Assembly: GCA_963714275.1 (NCBI GenBank)
Contig: CAVQNT010000002.1
Location: 768,001-832,000, forward strand
Direction of reading: 5' to 3'
DNA from: Candidatus Bathyarchaeota archaeon
GTDB lineage: Archaea; Thermoproteota; Bathyarchaeia; Bathyarchaeales; DTEX01
DNA length: 64,000 nt
The position numbers were made by a program, and so were the translations under genes. Under the pieces are notes generated by a model. The model was not told the DNA's origin, searched no databases, and saw only the letters and a program-made list of their open reading frames with translations. Shown here one piece after another: positions 1-12,168 of this stretch. Numbering within the stretch: the stretch's first letter is position 1; the number at the start of each line of letters is the position of its first letter.

Positions 1-494
1 AAGAAGAGTTGCAGATTTTTTTTGGTTTATTAATTGCTTCATAGCTTCTGCACTTCAATGCTTTTCATCTTGGCTGAATAGCGATCATCTTAGTTTATTT
101 CAAAAACGACATAAGGTATGTGTGCAATGAGAACCTGGACTAGACGTTATGTGGTAGTATACATTTCAGCCAATTAACAAATATAAATTTTTAAGGTAAT
201 ACGCTGATACCAAACTCGGACTATAGGAGAATTTTTAACCACCTTGAAACCCATGAGATCAATGTTACCACAACTATATGTTAGTTATCATTGTAACCTT
301 GGATATTGGAATGGATCGAACGGAAAATTTTGCCATGAGAGTTATAGATCATATCTTTAAAGAGTTCTCTGGTTAGAAGTATTTGACGAAGGAATAAAGA
401 AATATTATATTCTTATAGGTATCCCAAAACTAAAGATAAAATTGGGTTTACAACTATAAATCTTGATCTAATTGATCTAATTGAGGTCAAAAAT

Positions 495-1433
495 ATGATT
501 GGAGACAAGCCATGTGTAAGTATAGGCTTGCCTGTCTATAATGGTGAAAAATACATTAGGCAATCGCTAGACTCGATTCTCGCTCAAACATATCAAGATT
601 TCGAGCTAATAATCTCGGATAATGCTTCTACGGACAGAACCCGAGAGATTTGTCGTGAGTATGCTAAGAGGGATGACCGCATCAGTTACTATCGGAGCGA
701 AAGAAATTTTGGGGCTCCTTGGAATTATAATCGCACCTTTAGGCTGTCATCGTGCGTGTACTTTAAATGGGCTGCACATGACGATGTGCTTGCCCCAGAA
801 TTCTTAGAGAAGTGTGTACGAGTACTTGACAATGACCAATTCATCGTTTTGTGCCACTCTAAGACAGGTATCATTGATGAAAACGGCACTTTAGTGGGCA
901 ACTACGATCGCAGTACTCTGAGTCGAATTAATTCGCAGAAGCCACATGAACGATTTGGTGACTTGATAAGTCAACGTAATTCATGTTGGAGCGTTTTCGG
1001 GGTTGTACGTGCGAGCTCACTTAGGAAGACGCCACTTCATGGGAATTACATTGACGCGGACAGAAATCTGCTGGCAGAAATAGGTCTCATGGGTCGAATA
1101 TATGAAATTCCTGAATACCTGTTCTTTCAGAGGAATCACCCACAGGCGTACACATACAGGTATTACTCGAAAGCTTCTGTGGTTCACGATTACCAAAGCC
1201 AATCGGAATGGTGGACTGGAAACAAACGCGGACCTATGATTATTTTGCCACATTGGAAGAATTGTATGGAATTTTTCAAATCCCTAAATCGTGTACCATT
1301 GAAGTGGTCTGAGCGATGGTTATGCTACGAAGAAATAAGCAGGTGGATTCTTAGAGGAGGATGGTCGCTGATGAAATGGGACTTAGCAAATGCGTTCAAA
1401 CTCTGGCGTATGCAATTGAACCGTAGTAGGTAA
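495..1433 (+). CDS. Glycosyltransferase family 2
   Basis: VSIGLPVYNGEKYI..LDSIL.QTYQDFELIISDNASTD and WAAHDD motifs of GT-A/GT2. Confidence 0.92.
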   Translation: MIGDKPCVSIGLPVYNGEKYIRQSLDSILAQTYQDFELIISDNASTDRTREICREYAKRDDRISYYRSERNFGAPWNYNRTFRLSSCVYFKWAAHDDVLAPEFLEKCVRVLDNDQFIVLCHSKTGIIDENGTLVGNYDRSTLSRINSQKPHERFGDLISQRNSCWSVFGVVRASSLRKTPLHGNYIDADRNLLAEIGLMGRIYEIPEYLFFQRNHPQAYTYRYYSKASVVHDYQSQSEWWTGNKRGPMIILPHWKNCMEFFKSLNRVPLKWSERWLCYEEISRWILRGGWSLMKWDLANAFKLWRMQLNRSR

Positions 1434-1621
1434 AGAAAGCTGCAGCTGAATGAAGATAGGCTAGGAATATTTTTTCCTCGTTGAATAACACTTAAAGAAG
1501 AACGATATATATCATATTGATACTCTGTATTCGGAACATTTTGTTATTGATGGCTCAAAATTCGAAATATGGTTAATATAGACGAAGATAATGATGAAAA
1601 AAGAACATAGAGAAGTAGAAC

Positions 1622-1823
1622 ATGCGTGTTTTTAATAACGGGTCATAATTGATACATAGGCACGATTATGGTGCTGATGTTGCAGGCTGAAGATATGAAG
1701 TTATGGCTTGATAACGATCTTTTTGACGGATGCGTCCTTGGCAATCAGTCGAACTGCAGCGACATCCCAAACATCCCATACGTGAGAAAAGATATCCGCG
1801 ATGTTGAGCTCTCTGATCTACAA
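1622..1823 (+). pseudogene. Decayed duplicate of the 5' end of the NAD-dependent epimerase gene at 3013
   Basis: Aligns by eye to 3013-3216 (shared gatacataggcacg, ttgataacgatctttttgacggatgc, tacgtgagaaaagatatccg, gatgttgagctctctgatct). Contains indels and an in-frame TGA in the Gly-rich motif. Confidence 0.85.
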
Positions 1824-1855
1824 AACGCTTCCTCCTGAAGCTTAACTAAAGCCTA

Positions 1856-2019
1856 ATGACAGCAAATCTGGTAGTAAGATCTGAAATATTCGAGAAAAAA
1901 GATTCCTTGAATCATTGGTATATAATGACCCTGAAGATTTTGAGTTTTGTAGAAGTCTGATAGAGGCTTATGAAATGGGACATAATGCGCACACTCAACT
2001 ACCTCCGTCTGAACCTTAA
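1856..2019 (+). pseudogene. GT2 C-terminal remnant
   Basis: TANLVVRSEIFEK/RFLESLVYNDPEDFEFCRSL across one frameshift resembles the GT2 'F.E....ED.DFC.R' region. Confidence 0.45.
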
Positions 2020-2053
2020 AAAAAAGTGAAAAAGTTGAAAAAGGAGAGATGAC

Positions 2054-2836
2054 ATGAAAGTAGCAATTCTCGCTGGCGGACGTGGTACTCGTTTAACAGA
2101 AGAGACTACAACAAAACCCAAGGCATTGGTGGAAATAGGTGGTCGACCGATTCTTTGGCACATTATGATGTACTATCATTATTTCGGCTTCAAAGAGTTT
2201 GCAATAGCACTTGGATACCAAGGCGACTGCATCAAACGTTGGATCCAAGATTACTGCATATCGAATAGAAACATGACGGTGAAAACAGGTATAGGTAAAG
2301 TGACACGTCATAAAAGTAATAAACAAGAATGGCCAGATTGGACGGTACATTTAATCGATACCGGACTAAGCACTCAGAATGGTGGACGAATCAAACGGTT
2401 GGCTCCTTGGCTAAGCGATCAGACATTCATGTTGACATGGTGTGACGGAGTATCGAATGTCGATCTGGATGCATTGTTGAAGTTCCATCGTTCACATGGT
2501 CGCTTAGCAACCTTGACTGCAGTCCGACCGCCCCCTAGGTTTGGTCACCTTGTCTTAGATAATGATAAAGTAATACAGTTTAATGAGAAGCCCCAAGATA
2601 CAGAAGGCTGGATAAACGGCGCCTTCTTCGTCTTAGAACCCGGAGTATTCGATTACATTGAAGGTGATGATACTCAATGGGAGAGAGAACCCTTGGAAAG
2701 GTTAGCAAGAGACGGTCAGCTCATGGCCTATCGCCATAGCGGTTTTTGGCAGTGTATGGACACACTCCGTGATAAGATCCTTCTGGAAGAAATTTGGCAG
2801 AGCGGAAATGCACCGTGGAAAACTTGGAAAGGTTGA
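2054..2836 (+). CDS. rfbF: Glucose-1-phosphate cytidylyltransferase
   Basis: ILAGGRGTRLTEET..KPKALVEIGGRPILWHIM, GFWQCMDTLRDK..LE..W.SG.APWK; GGAG SD upstream. Confidence 0.93.
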   Translation: MKVAILAGGRGTRLTEETTTKPKALVEIGGRPILWHIMMYYHYFGFKEFAIALGYQGDCIKRWIQDYCISNRNMTVKTGIGKVTRHKSNKQEWPDWTVHLIDTGLSTQNGGRIKRLAPWLSDQTFMLTWCDGVSNVDLDALLKFHRSHGRLATLTAVRPPPRFGHLVLDNDKVIQFNEKPQDTEGWINGAFFVLEPGVFDYIEGDDTQWEREPLERLARDGQLMAYRHSGFWQCMDTLRDKILLEEIWQSGNAPWKTWKG

Positions 2837-3012
2837 GTTGACTTACTCCTAAATTCTCAGTTGTACCCTCGTTTAATATTTGCATATTGATAACCCCAAT
2901 CAAGTTTGAGAAGAAGGTTGAGAATTCACAAAGAGGTAGAAGAAACATCTACTTCGTGATTATAAGTCGATACAAGACGATATTTTAAAAAAAGAAAAGG
3001 AGGAGGTAAACT

Positions 3013-4067
3013 ATGCGTGTCTTGGTGACAGGTAATAAGGGATACATAGGCACGGTCATGGTGCCGATGTTACAAACAGAAGGATTTGACGTTATAGGAC
3101 TTGATAACGATCTTTTTGACGGATGCATCTTTGGCGATCAGTCGATCTGTGGAGGTATCCCGAACATTCCCTACGTGAGAAAAGATATCCGTGATGTTGA
3201 GCTCTCTGATCTGCAAGGATGTGATGCTATGGTGCATCTTTGCGCGCTTTCAAATGATCCGCTTGGATACTTCAATCCAGAGATGACTACTTGAAATCAA
3301 TTATGAAGCTTCAGTTAGGTTGGCGAAACTAGCCAAGAAGGCTGGAGTCCAACGTTACCTTTTTTCATCATCCTGCAGCGTCTACGGTGCCTCTGGAGCT
3401 GATATGGTGATCAGAGGAATCGAAACCAAACCCAGTTACCCCATATGGAATCTCAAAAATGCGTGCTGAAGAGGATATCTCGAAGTTAGCGGACGCCAAC
3501 TTTAGCCCGACTTTCCTCCGTTCTGCAACAGCTTATGGCGTATCTCCCATGTTACGGTTTGACTTGGTTCTCAACAATTTGGTTGCTTGGGCGTACACAA
3601 CTGGAATCGTTTTGCTGAAGAGTGATGGTACAGCATGGCGTCCAATTGTGCACATCGAAGACATCTCGCGAGCTTTTATAGCTGTACTTAACGCCTCCCG
3701 CGACTTAGTGCACAACCAGATTTTCAACGTCGGCATAACAGAAGAGAACTATCGAACACGAGAAATTGCTGAAATTGCGAAAGAAACCGTGCCTAACTCC
3801 CAAATTAAATACGCAAAGGATGCTGAACCGGACAAACGCTCCTATCGAGTAGACTTTAGCAAAATAGCCCAGACATTGCCTAAATTTAAGCCACAATGGA
3901 ATGCTCGCCTCGGAGCAAAGCAACTTTACGATGCCTATAAAAAAGTTGGGATCACCCTCGAAGAGTTTGAAGGACCCAGATATAGGCGTATCACACACCT
4001 CGAAAACAACGTTAACAATGGCCATTTGGATAAAACCCTGCGAAGGAGTGAGTCGAGACATGAATAG
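3013..4067 (+). CDS. NAD-dependent epimerase/dehydratase (extended SDR); frameshifted near 3290 and 3410
   Basis: [33 protein letters not shown] (YxxxK) and RFDLVLNNL, spread over three frames. Confidence 0.9.
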
Positions 4068-5307
4068 CCCCAAGCCATACACACAAATATCTGGATGCCG
4101 ATCCTGCGGAAATACTAATCTTGAGCCAATCATTTCCTTCGGTAACACGCCTCTAGCGGATGCACTACTCAAAGAAGAACAACTGAAACTACCCGAGTTG
4201 ACTGTCCCGCTAACCTAGTCTTTTGCCCAAACTGCGCTCTCTTACAGATCGCGGAAACAGTGAGATCCAGAGATCCTTTTCTGTAGAGATTATCCATATT
4301 TCTCTTCCACATCAAAGGCGTATTTGGACCACTCTCAAAAGAACGCGGAGGAACTTATCAAGACAAGAAAACTAAATTCCAACAGTTTGGTCATTGAGCC
4401 CGCTTGCAATGATGGTTACATGTTGAAGAACTTCGTGGAACAAGGGATAAAAGTTCTTGGGAGTAGATCCAGCCGAAGGACCTGCTCAAGGCTGCACAGA
4501 AAGCAGGAATTCAAACCCTTTGCACGTTCTTTGGGAGGGAACTTGCAAGGCAATCTTCGAAAAGACGGAATGGTAGCTGATGTACTCATTGCCAACAATG
4601 TTTTGGCTCATGTTTCGGATCTGAACGGCTTTGTGGAAGGCATTCGAATAGTATTAAAAGACAACGGTGTAGCGGTTATAGAGGTACCCTACGTAGCTGA
4701 CTTAATCGACAACTGCGAATTTGACACGATATATCATCAGCATCTGTGCTACTTCTCAGTCACATCTTTGAATCATCTTTTTAGAAGACATTCTCTTTTC
4801 ATTAATGATATAAGGCATTATCCAGTACATGGTGGATCATTGCGTCTATACGTGGAGCATGCGGAGGATGTTCATGAATCTGTGCTATCGCGATTGGAAG
4901 AAGAGAGAGCGAGAGGGATAGATCGGATCGATTACTACCGTGATTTCGCCAACCGTGTCCGAGAGATACGGGATGCTTTGTTGGATTTACTCTGGGATCT
5001 CAAGCGAGAAGGGAAAAAGATCGCAGCATATGGAGCGGCAGCAAAGGCAACAACTTTAATGAGCTACTGTAGTATTGATAAAGAGTTGTTAGATTACGTG
5101 GTTGACTTGAACCCGTTTAAACATGGTCGCTATATGGGAGGCAATCATTTACCTATCTTTCCGCCCACGAAGCTTGTGGAAGAAATGCCTGATTACGTTT
5201 TATTGCTAGCATGGAACTGGGCGCAGGAGATCATGAAGCAGCAAGACGAATATCGACGGAGGGGCGGAAAATTCATAATCCCGATACCAAAGCCAATAAT
5301 TGTCTAA
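4060..5307 (+). CDS. NDP-hexose C-methyltransferase (zinc-ribbon N-terminus, class I SAM); frameshifted
   Basis: [51 protein letters not shown]. Confidence 0.88.
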
Positions 5308-5461
5308 TAATAACTATACTCTCAGGTCTAGGAATAATTTTAAAATTAATAAATAGCCTATTGCTCATAAATGGTCAAATTAGCAGAAACCTGCATCGAG
5401 CTCCGATGAGTTTTTAAGGTCCGTGTGAACGGGAAAATATCCTGAAGAGAAGGGTGAGTAA

Positions 5462-6804
5462 ATGAAAATTGCCCTTATACATCAACCCATAAATACCATA
5501 TCCCTCACCGAACAAAACGGCTCGATCGAGATTTGGACTTACGAAGTGGCGCGTCGTCTGACTCGGTATTGCGACGTCATTATATACGCAAAAAGAGGCA
5601 GCAATCAGAGAGAATATGAATATGACCAAGGAGTACAATACCGACGTATATCAACAAAACTCGACGAATGGTACACCTACCTATCATACGCCTTCGACAA
5701 TCTAGGGAAAACTTCTATAACACACGCTCTGAGTCAGAATATCAGACAATTCTTATTTTATCGCAACGTTAGGCGTCCTTTCTTTGCTTCTCAATGGTAT
5801 TACCTCAACTTTGCTTTGGAAGTCGCAAAGCGTTTAAGAGAGGATAAATGCGATATTGTCCATATCCATACCTTCTCTCAGTTCATTCCGATAATCAGAG
5901 CATTCAATCCTGAAATCAAAATTGTCCTACATATCCAATGTGAATGGCTGAACCAACTTGATCAAAAAATGATTCATGATCGACTTAGCAAAGCCGACCT
6001 TATCTTGGGTTGCAGTGAGTACATCACCGAAAAAATCCGCCGACGTTTCCCTAAATTTGCAAATCAGTGTCAAACCATATACAATGGAGTCGATGTCAAC
6101 CGTTTCGTAAAGGAAAAGAGCGGCAGCTCCGCTTAAGAAGGAAGGTTTCAAACGAATATTGTTTGTCGGCAGAGTTTCACCTGAAAAAGGAGTCCATGTG
6201 CTATTAGATTCACTTCAGAAAGTGGTTAAACGCTATCCTCAAGTACAGCTCAAAATATGCGGATCCCAATGGGCATTACCCATCGAGTATCACGTAGCAA
6301 TGGCTGATGACCCTACAGATTTGACGTTGGCTTCATTCTACAATGGAGATTACATCTCATATTTGCGAACAAAGCTATCGTCAGGTTTATCAAGTCACGT
6401 GTCCTTTACCGGCTCTCTTCCACATGAGCAGTTGATCAGTTCTTATCAGAATGCGGATGTGTCTGTCGTTCCCTCGGTGTGGAACGAGCCTTTCGGAATA
6501 CCCATTATCGAAACCATGGCAACGGAGGTCCCGTTAGTCGCCACGAGCGGTGGCGGTATCCCAGAAATCGTTGTTGATGGCGAGACTGGATTATTAGTTG
6601 AAAGAAGCAATGCTCCAGCTCTGACCGAGGCGATTCTTCGCCTTCTCTCAGATGAAGATCTAAGGAAATCGATGGGAAAAGTCTGCACGTAAGCGAGTGG
6701 TTGAACTATTTTCTTGGGAAAGGATCGTCGAAAACTTGTTATGCCATTACAAGATTATGTTATCTCGCACGACTAAAAGACGACTAGACGAAAAGGACTT
6801 TTAG
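5462..6804 (+). CDS. Glycosyltransferase family 4; frameshifted near 6134 and 6680
   Basis: YNGVD, FVGRVSPEKGVH, PSVWNEPFGIPIIETMA, GGIPEIV, FSWERIV. Confidence 0.9.
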
Positions 6805-6860
6805 AAAATCTGTTACTATGAGCTTTTGGATACTGTTCGTTGATTATGGAAGGTGATTAA

Positions 6861-7049
6861 GTGAAAGGTGTAATTCTAGCAGCTAGCGAAGGAACAAGGA
6901 TTGAAAAAGTAACATGTGGTGCCATTCCTAAGAAATTCTTGCCAATGTCCAATGTTCTTACAATACGTTTTCCTATAGAATTCTTTAAACTTACGGGTAT
7001 TGACAATATACTTGTAGTAAGATCTTTTCCTTTTTTGGCGTGGGTCTAG
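6861..7049 (+). pseudogene. N-terminal fragment of a sugar-phosphate nucleotidyltransferase
   Basis: MKGVILAASEGTRI..T.GAIPK.FLP; truncated at about 55 aa where the next gene begins. Confidence 0.7.
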
Positions 7050-8244
7050 TTGAACAGAATAGTGAAAAATATTGTCATAGTAACAATTGCATTCATGTTA
7101 GTACTGATAGTTGTTTTAGGTTCTCACCTGTTTCCAGACACAACAACTACTATTACCACCACCAGCACCACTACTACCACCAATACTACTACTACCACTA
7201 ATACTACTACCACCACCACTACTAGTGTGATAGTTCATAGCCCAACATTTGGAGTTGTTGTGCAATACTATCTGAATGAAGAACTCAAAGCTTATAAACC
7301 AGACTTATGGACCTTAGTAGACTATGTAGGTGCCTCATGCATAAGCAGTGCTCCTAGGCGAGAATGGGCTGACGAAGTCTGCGAGTCATGGTATCAAAAT
7401 AATGTTTACTTTTGGCATGGCTACCACACCAGAAACAATGATGGACTGCTACAAAAGCAAAGAAGACTTAAAGGCTTGGATTGACCTATATAATATATCT
7501 CAGTACCGAGACCATCCAGGTGTTTGGGGCTACGTTATCTGTGCAGAACCCTTCAATAACTGGGACAACCAGACAGACCAGTTAGTTGAAGTGATTAGAT
7601 ATGGGTGTCAATACGTGAAAAGTCTGGATCCAACGCATCCAGTTACTGTGGCGCTTGATCCCGCAGGAGCATATAATGAAGATCCAAATGGCACATATAT
7701 TGAGAAACGCAAAGAGTGGATTGAAAGATTCATCGATGTTATCGACGTATTAAATTATCACTATTATCGTTTTACAGCAACAGGGACTGGTGGAGGATCG
7801 GGATCAGAATTTTGGGGAGACGAAGACGCATTTAGGAAATCGCTTATACGCCAGTTTGACGAAGTTTTGATTCCAGCGGCAAGAGGTAAGTCTATCATAA
7901 TTGGAGAGACGGGCTGTCCAGTGGGTAATCCTGCAACAGTGGCCGGGGCTGTATTCACAGAACGAGATCAAATGGAATACTTCAGGATCTATGGGGAAGA
8001 AACCAGAAAACGCGGTATATTTGTATATATGTTTAAGCTTATTGACGCTGATTCATCTTCACCTTACGATAAATTTGGTTTGTTCAAAACTCAAAATGAC
8101 GGGACAATGAATATACCCAGGCTTTCGGCTGCCATAGTGAGAGATTATTTTTCATTAACAACACCCAGCAACGCTCTTACTATAAAGCCAAGCCCAGAAG
8201 CAGTGCAGTTCATTATTGATGGATCCAGTTTCGCCACGCCTTGA
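7050..8244 (+). CDS. Membrane-anchored clan GH-A (GH5-like) glycoside hydrolase with Thr-rich linker; frameshifted near 7350
   Basis: N-terminal hydrophobic anchor, poly-Thr, YRDHPGVWGY.ICAEP (acid/base), KSLDPTHPVT, NYHYY, IIIGETG (nucleophile). Confidence 0.75.
7139..7223 (+). repeat. ACN trinucleotide low-complexity repeat encoding the poly-Thr linker
   Basis: Run of act/acc/aca codons translating TTTTITTTSTTTTTNTTTTTNTTTTTTT. Confidence 0.9.
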
Positions 8245-8410
8245 TCTGGCATCTTACAGTAAGGAATGTACACGGTCAATGTGCCCTTTAAAGTTCAAGT
8301 AGCAGACGAGACTTATGCGTTCACCGAATGGAAACGACTCCCAAAACCCAACTAGAATCGTCAACCTCGTCTTAGACATGACGGTTATGATGACCTATCT
8401 CAAGTTGCTG
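8245..8410 (+). pseudogene. Inactivated C-terminal beta-sandwich (PEGA/B-repeat-like) domain of the glycoside hydrolase
   Basis: Reading past the stop gives TP*SGILQ*GMYTVNVPFKVQVADETYAFTEWK then DSQNPTRIVNL. Confidence 0.6.
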
Positions 8411-8556
8411 AAACGCTCCAAGATAAACTCAGGAAGATTTAAGACATCCTCGCACGGCTATTGTCCAATGATTGTCTAGTGAGAATGCATTGAAAATATG
8501 ATAGGATCTGCATTAGAAATCCATGTTTTTCTTGATTCTTGGTGGATAAAGAAGAA

Positions 8557-9875
8557 ATGAAAGTTGCCATAGTAAACCAGCCTTTTGGGATTATGAACCT
8601 CCCATGGACAGGTTCAGGAGGTTCTATTGAGATTTGGATCCACGAAGTGGCACAGCGCCTAGCTCAGTCATGCGATGTCGTCGTGTATGCAATGAGGGGA
8701 TTACCCTCTCAGAATAAAGTTGTCTATGATCAAGGGGTGAAGTATCGATTCATATCGGCAACTTTAGACAAATGGCATACATACTTGTTGTATGCCGTCA
8801 ACAAGTTAGAAAGAATTCAGGGATTCAGAAATATTAGACGTGTCTTCTTTTTCCGTAATGTTAAACGACCTCTCTTTGCCTCCAGCCTCTATTGTTTGAT
8901 ATACGCATTGCAGGTGGCAAGAGACCTGAGAAAAGAGGGATGCGACATTGTGCACATCCACAATTTCTCTCAGTTTGTTCCTATCATACGAGCATTCAAT
9001 CCCAAAATTAAAATTATATTGCATATGCATTGCGAATGGTTGACGCAAGCTCTGACCCAACAATGATTGAGCCCAGACTCAAAAAAGCAGACCTAATTAT
9101 TGGCTGTAGTGAATACATCACTGGAAAAATCCGTCGTCACTTTCCCCAGATTGCTGAGCACTGCCAGACTGTATATGGCGGAGTTGATGCAAGTCTCTTT
9201 CTCGCCGGCAAGGATGCGGGAACAACTAACCAGACCAAACGAGTGTTGTTTGTTGGCAGAGTCTCACCCGAAAAGGGAGTACATATTCTACTAAATGCTT
9301 TCAAAAAAGCAGTTGAGCGTTATCCTGAAGCCCAACTTGAAATAGTGGGTTCGCAATGGCAGTTGCCTTACGAATTCTTCGTTGCCCTAAGCGACGATCC
9401 CAGAGCCTCTGACCTAGCATCATTCTACATCGGCAATTCGGGTCTAAGTTACTTTCACCACCTTCAAAGGCAGAGTCTTTTACTGAACATAGCGAAAAGC
9501 GTGACGTTTACTGGTTTTATTCCACACATGTACGTGATGAACAAATATCGTGACGCTAAAGTGCTTGTTTGCTGTTCGTTCAATGAAGCCTTGGGTATGC
9601 CGATTCAGGAAGCAATGGCTAGTGAACTCCCGGTAGTAGCGACTCGTGTGGGAGGAATACCAGAGATCGTCGTAGACAGAAAAACTGGCTTACTGGTTGA
9701 GTCAGGCTACGATTCTGAATTGGCTGATGCAATACTTCGCCTTCTTTCAGATGAAGATTTAAGAAAATCAATGGGAAAGGCGGCACGCAAGCGAGTCGTT
9801 GAACATTTTTCATGGGAAAAAACTGTTGATAACTTGCTGTTTCTCTATAGTAATTTCGGAAAGGATAATGACTAA
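8557..9875 (+). CDS. Glycosyltransferase family 4, paralogue of 5462; frameshifted near 9050
   Basis: GSIEIW.HEVA.RL, FVGRVSPEKGVH, NEALGMPIQEAMA, GGIPEIV. Confidence 0.9.
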
Positions 9876-10702
9876 ATCATTCCTCAGAGCTTGGCTATGC
9901 AAGTCTTTCAAGTGGACATTGGCTAGGATTGGTAGTGAGGTTACCGAGTGTGATCTAAAACGGGACGCGCTAGTCTTCTCGCCTCACTTTGATGATGAAA
10001 CACTTGGGTGTGGCGGAACCATTATCAAGAAGAAGAAAGCTGGAGCAGATGTTAAGATCGTATTCATGACTGATGGTAGCAAGTCACACAAAGACCTGAT
10101 CCCTCAAGATAAATTGATGGAAATAAGGAAAAGCGAAGCATTTGCCGCGAGCCAGTCACTAGGTCTAAAAGCGTGCGATGTTTTTCCCCTTGAGTTCGAA
10201 GATGAGAAGCTAAGTGAGCATACGAAGTCTGCCACTGAAAAAGTGACAGATATACTTATGTATCAACACCCCGATGAAATCTTTGTCCCCTTTCATAAAG
10301 AGCCACCATTATGGTCTAATGACCATTTAGCCACTAATAGAATTGTTAGAGCTGCGCTTCAAACCTATCAGGAAAATGTAACCATTTACGAATATCCCAT
10401 TTGGTTTTGGTATAACTGGCCTTGGTCAAGCCCGACAATACATAGTCTTCGAGGAAATCTTGGGCTTTCTCAAGAATGGTCTTGTTTCAGGCTTTAGATT
10501 TCTTAAGGAATTTCGATGCTTCGTTTACATAGGAGATGTCTTAGAACTAAAACGTGTTGCGCTAGATCAGTATAAATCACAGATGACGCGACTTGTCCCC
10601 GATCCTCGTTGGTTGACATTAGGTGATGTGTCTGATGGAGATTTTTTAGAGTGTTTTTTTCAAAAGCATGAAATTTTCCATAAATACAGCTTTCAAAAAT
10701 AG
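9868..10702 (+). CDS. PIG-L/LmbE family deacetylase; frameshifted near 10460
   Basis: SPHFDDETLGCGG, MTDGS.SH, DH, YKSQ. Confidence 0.88.
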
Positions 10703-10730
10703 ATAATTTCAGCGCGGAGTTGTAAAATGA

Positions 10731-10862
10731 TTTTTAGTACTAGTCAGCTCAGTGAAGAAACTCACCAATTTCTACCTGAAAAGAGGCTATGAAATTATTG
10801 GAAAAGTTTTCGGAAAACTTGAGGGGTATTTATTTGAAAAAGAATTGAAGTGCAATTTTTGA
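10731..10862 (+). pseudogene. Possible GNAT acetyltransferase C-terminal remnant
   Basis: Start-less frame KKLTNFYLKRGYEIIG...LFEKEL resembles GNAT motif B. Confidence 0.4.
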
Positions 10863-10986
10863 TGAAAATTATTTTTGAAATAATATTGTCGAGATAATTA
10901 TGGATGGTTCTAAGAAAATATTCACTATTCAAACTATGAAGCTTTTTAGTTCATCTAAAAAGACCATGAATGAGGATGGAGAAAAA

Positions 10987-12168
10987 ATGTCACATAAGAC
11001 CTGTCCCAACTGTCATAAGCGAGGCATGACATTATTCTACAAGGTAAGAGATGTTCCTGTCCACACTTGTGTAATGCTCTCAACGCAGATAGACGCTTTG
11101 AATTTCCCACGGGGTGACATAGAACTTGGCTTTTGTGAAAAATGTGGTTTCATCTCAAACGTCGCTTTCAATCCCAACTTAATAGACTATTCAAAGTCTT
11201 ACGAGGATCAACAGAGTTTCTCTGCAACATTCAATGCTTTTGCTCAAGATCTGACCAAGCATCTGATAGAGAAATACGATCTTCGTAATAAGGACATCCT
11301 AGAGATTGGGTGTGGGAAGGGCGATTTCTTATCATTACTCTGCGAGCTCGGCAACAACCGTGGGATAGGAATCGATCCTGCATGCACGGAACACCGAATC
11401 AGCAGCAAGGTCTCAGGCTCATTAAAGTTTATCAAAGACTATTACTCTGACCGCTATGTAAAATATCACGGAGATCTTGTCTGCTGCCGACATACTCTAG
11501 AGCACATTCATGATACATCTGCATTTGTCAACACTATTCGAGGTTCGATCGGTAATCGGTTGGATACCGTCGTCTTCTTTGAAGTACCCGATGTCGTTCG
11601 AGTCATGCGTGAACTAGCGTTCTGGGATATCTATTATGAACACTGCTCATATTTCAGTCCCGGATCGCTCTCAAGACTGTTCCGTTCCTGCAAATTCGAG
11701 ATAACTAATCTCTACAAGGGTTTTGACGAACAATACCTGTTAATCGAAACGAGGCCCGTCAGCGAGGTATCCAGCAAAGCACTTGAATTGGAAGAAAGCC
11801 TCGACGAGATAGGGGAGGACGTAAAGTATTTCTCTGCACACAGCCGTGACAAGCTAGACGAGTGGAGAAACCGCTTACAGCAAATTAATGCAGATGAAAC
11901 ACGGACTGTCGTTTGGGGATCAGGCTCAAAATGTGTTTCTTTCATGACTACGCTTGGCGTCAAAGATGAAATCGAGTATGTTATCGATATCAATCCACAT
12001 CGGCATGGTAAGTTCCTTCCCGGCGTAGGTAAAAGGATTATGGCCCCGGAATTCTTGAAAAAATACAAACCAGACCTAACTATCGTGATGAACCCGATCT
12101 ACTGCGGCGAAATTCAGAGAATGCTTAGTAATATGGGCGTCAGCACGGAGGTCATCTCGATTGAGTAA
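10987..12168 (+). CDS. NDP-sugar C-methyltransferase-like class I SAM methyltransferase
   Basis: CPNC, FCEKCG, LEIGCGKG, RHTLEHI, WDIYYEHCSYF, VWGSGSK. Confidence 0.88.
   Translation: MSHKTCPNCHKRGMTLFYKVRDVPVHTCVMLSTQIDALNFPRGDIELGFCEKCGFISNVAFNPNLIDYSKSYEDQQSFSATFNAFAQDLTKHLIEKYDLRNKDILEIGCGKGDFLSLLCELGNNRGIGIDPACTEHRISSKVSGSLKFIKDYYSDRYVKYHGDLVCCRHTLEHIHDTSAFVNTIRGSIGNRLDTVVFFEVPDVVRVMRELAFWDIYYEHCSYFSPGSLSRLFRSCKFEITNLYKGFDEQYLLIETRPVSEVSSKALELEESLDEIGEDVKYFSAHSRDKLDEWRNRLQQINADETRTVVWGSGSKCVSFMTTLGVKDEIEYVIDINPHRHGKFLPGVGKRIMAPEFLKKYKPDLTIVMNPIYCGEIQRMLSNMGVSTEVISIE

Noticed and set aside
1-490. Possible decayed gene and a short TTGATCTAA tandem at about 463-484
   Set aside because: Stops occur in all frames with no confidently recognisable motif, and the repeat is too short to interpret.
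8242-8262. In-frame TGA as selenocysteine or readthrough
   Set aside because: A TAA follows five codons later, the position is not a redox site, and no SECIS-like element was seen.
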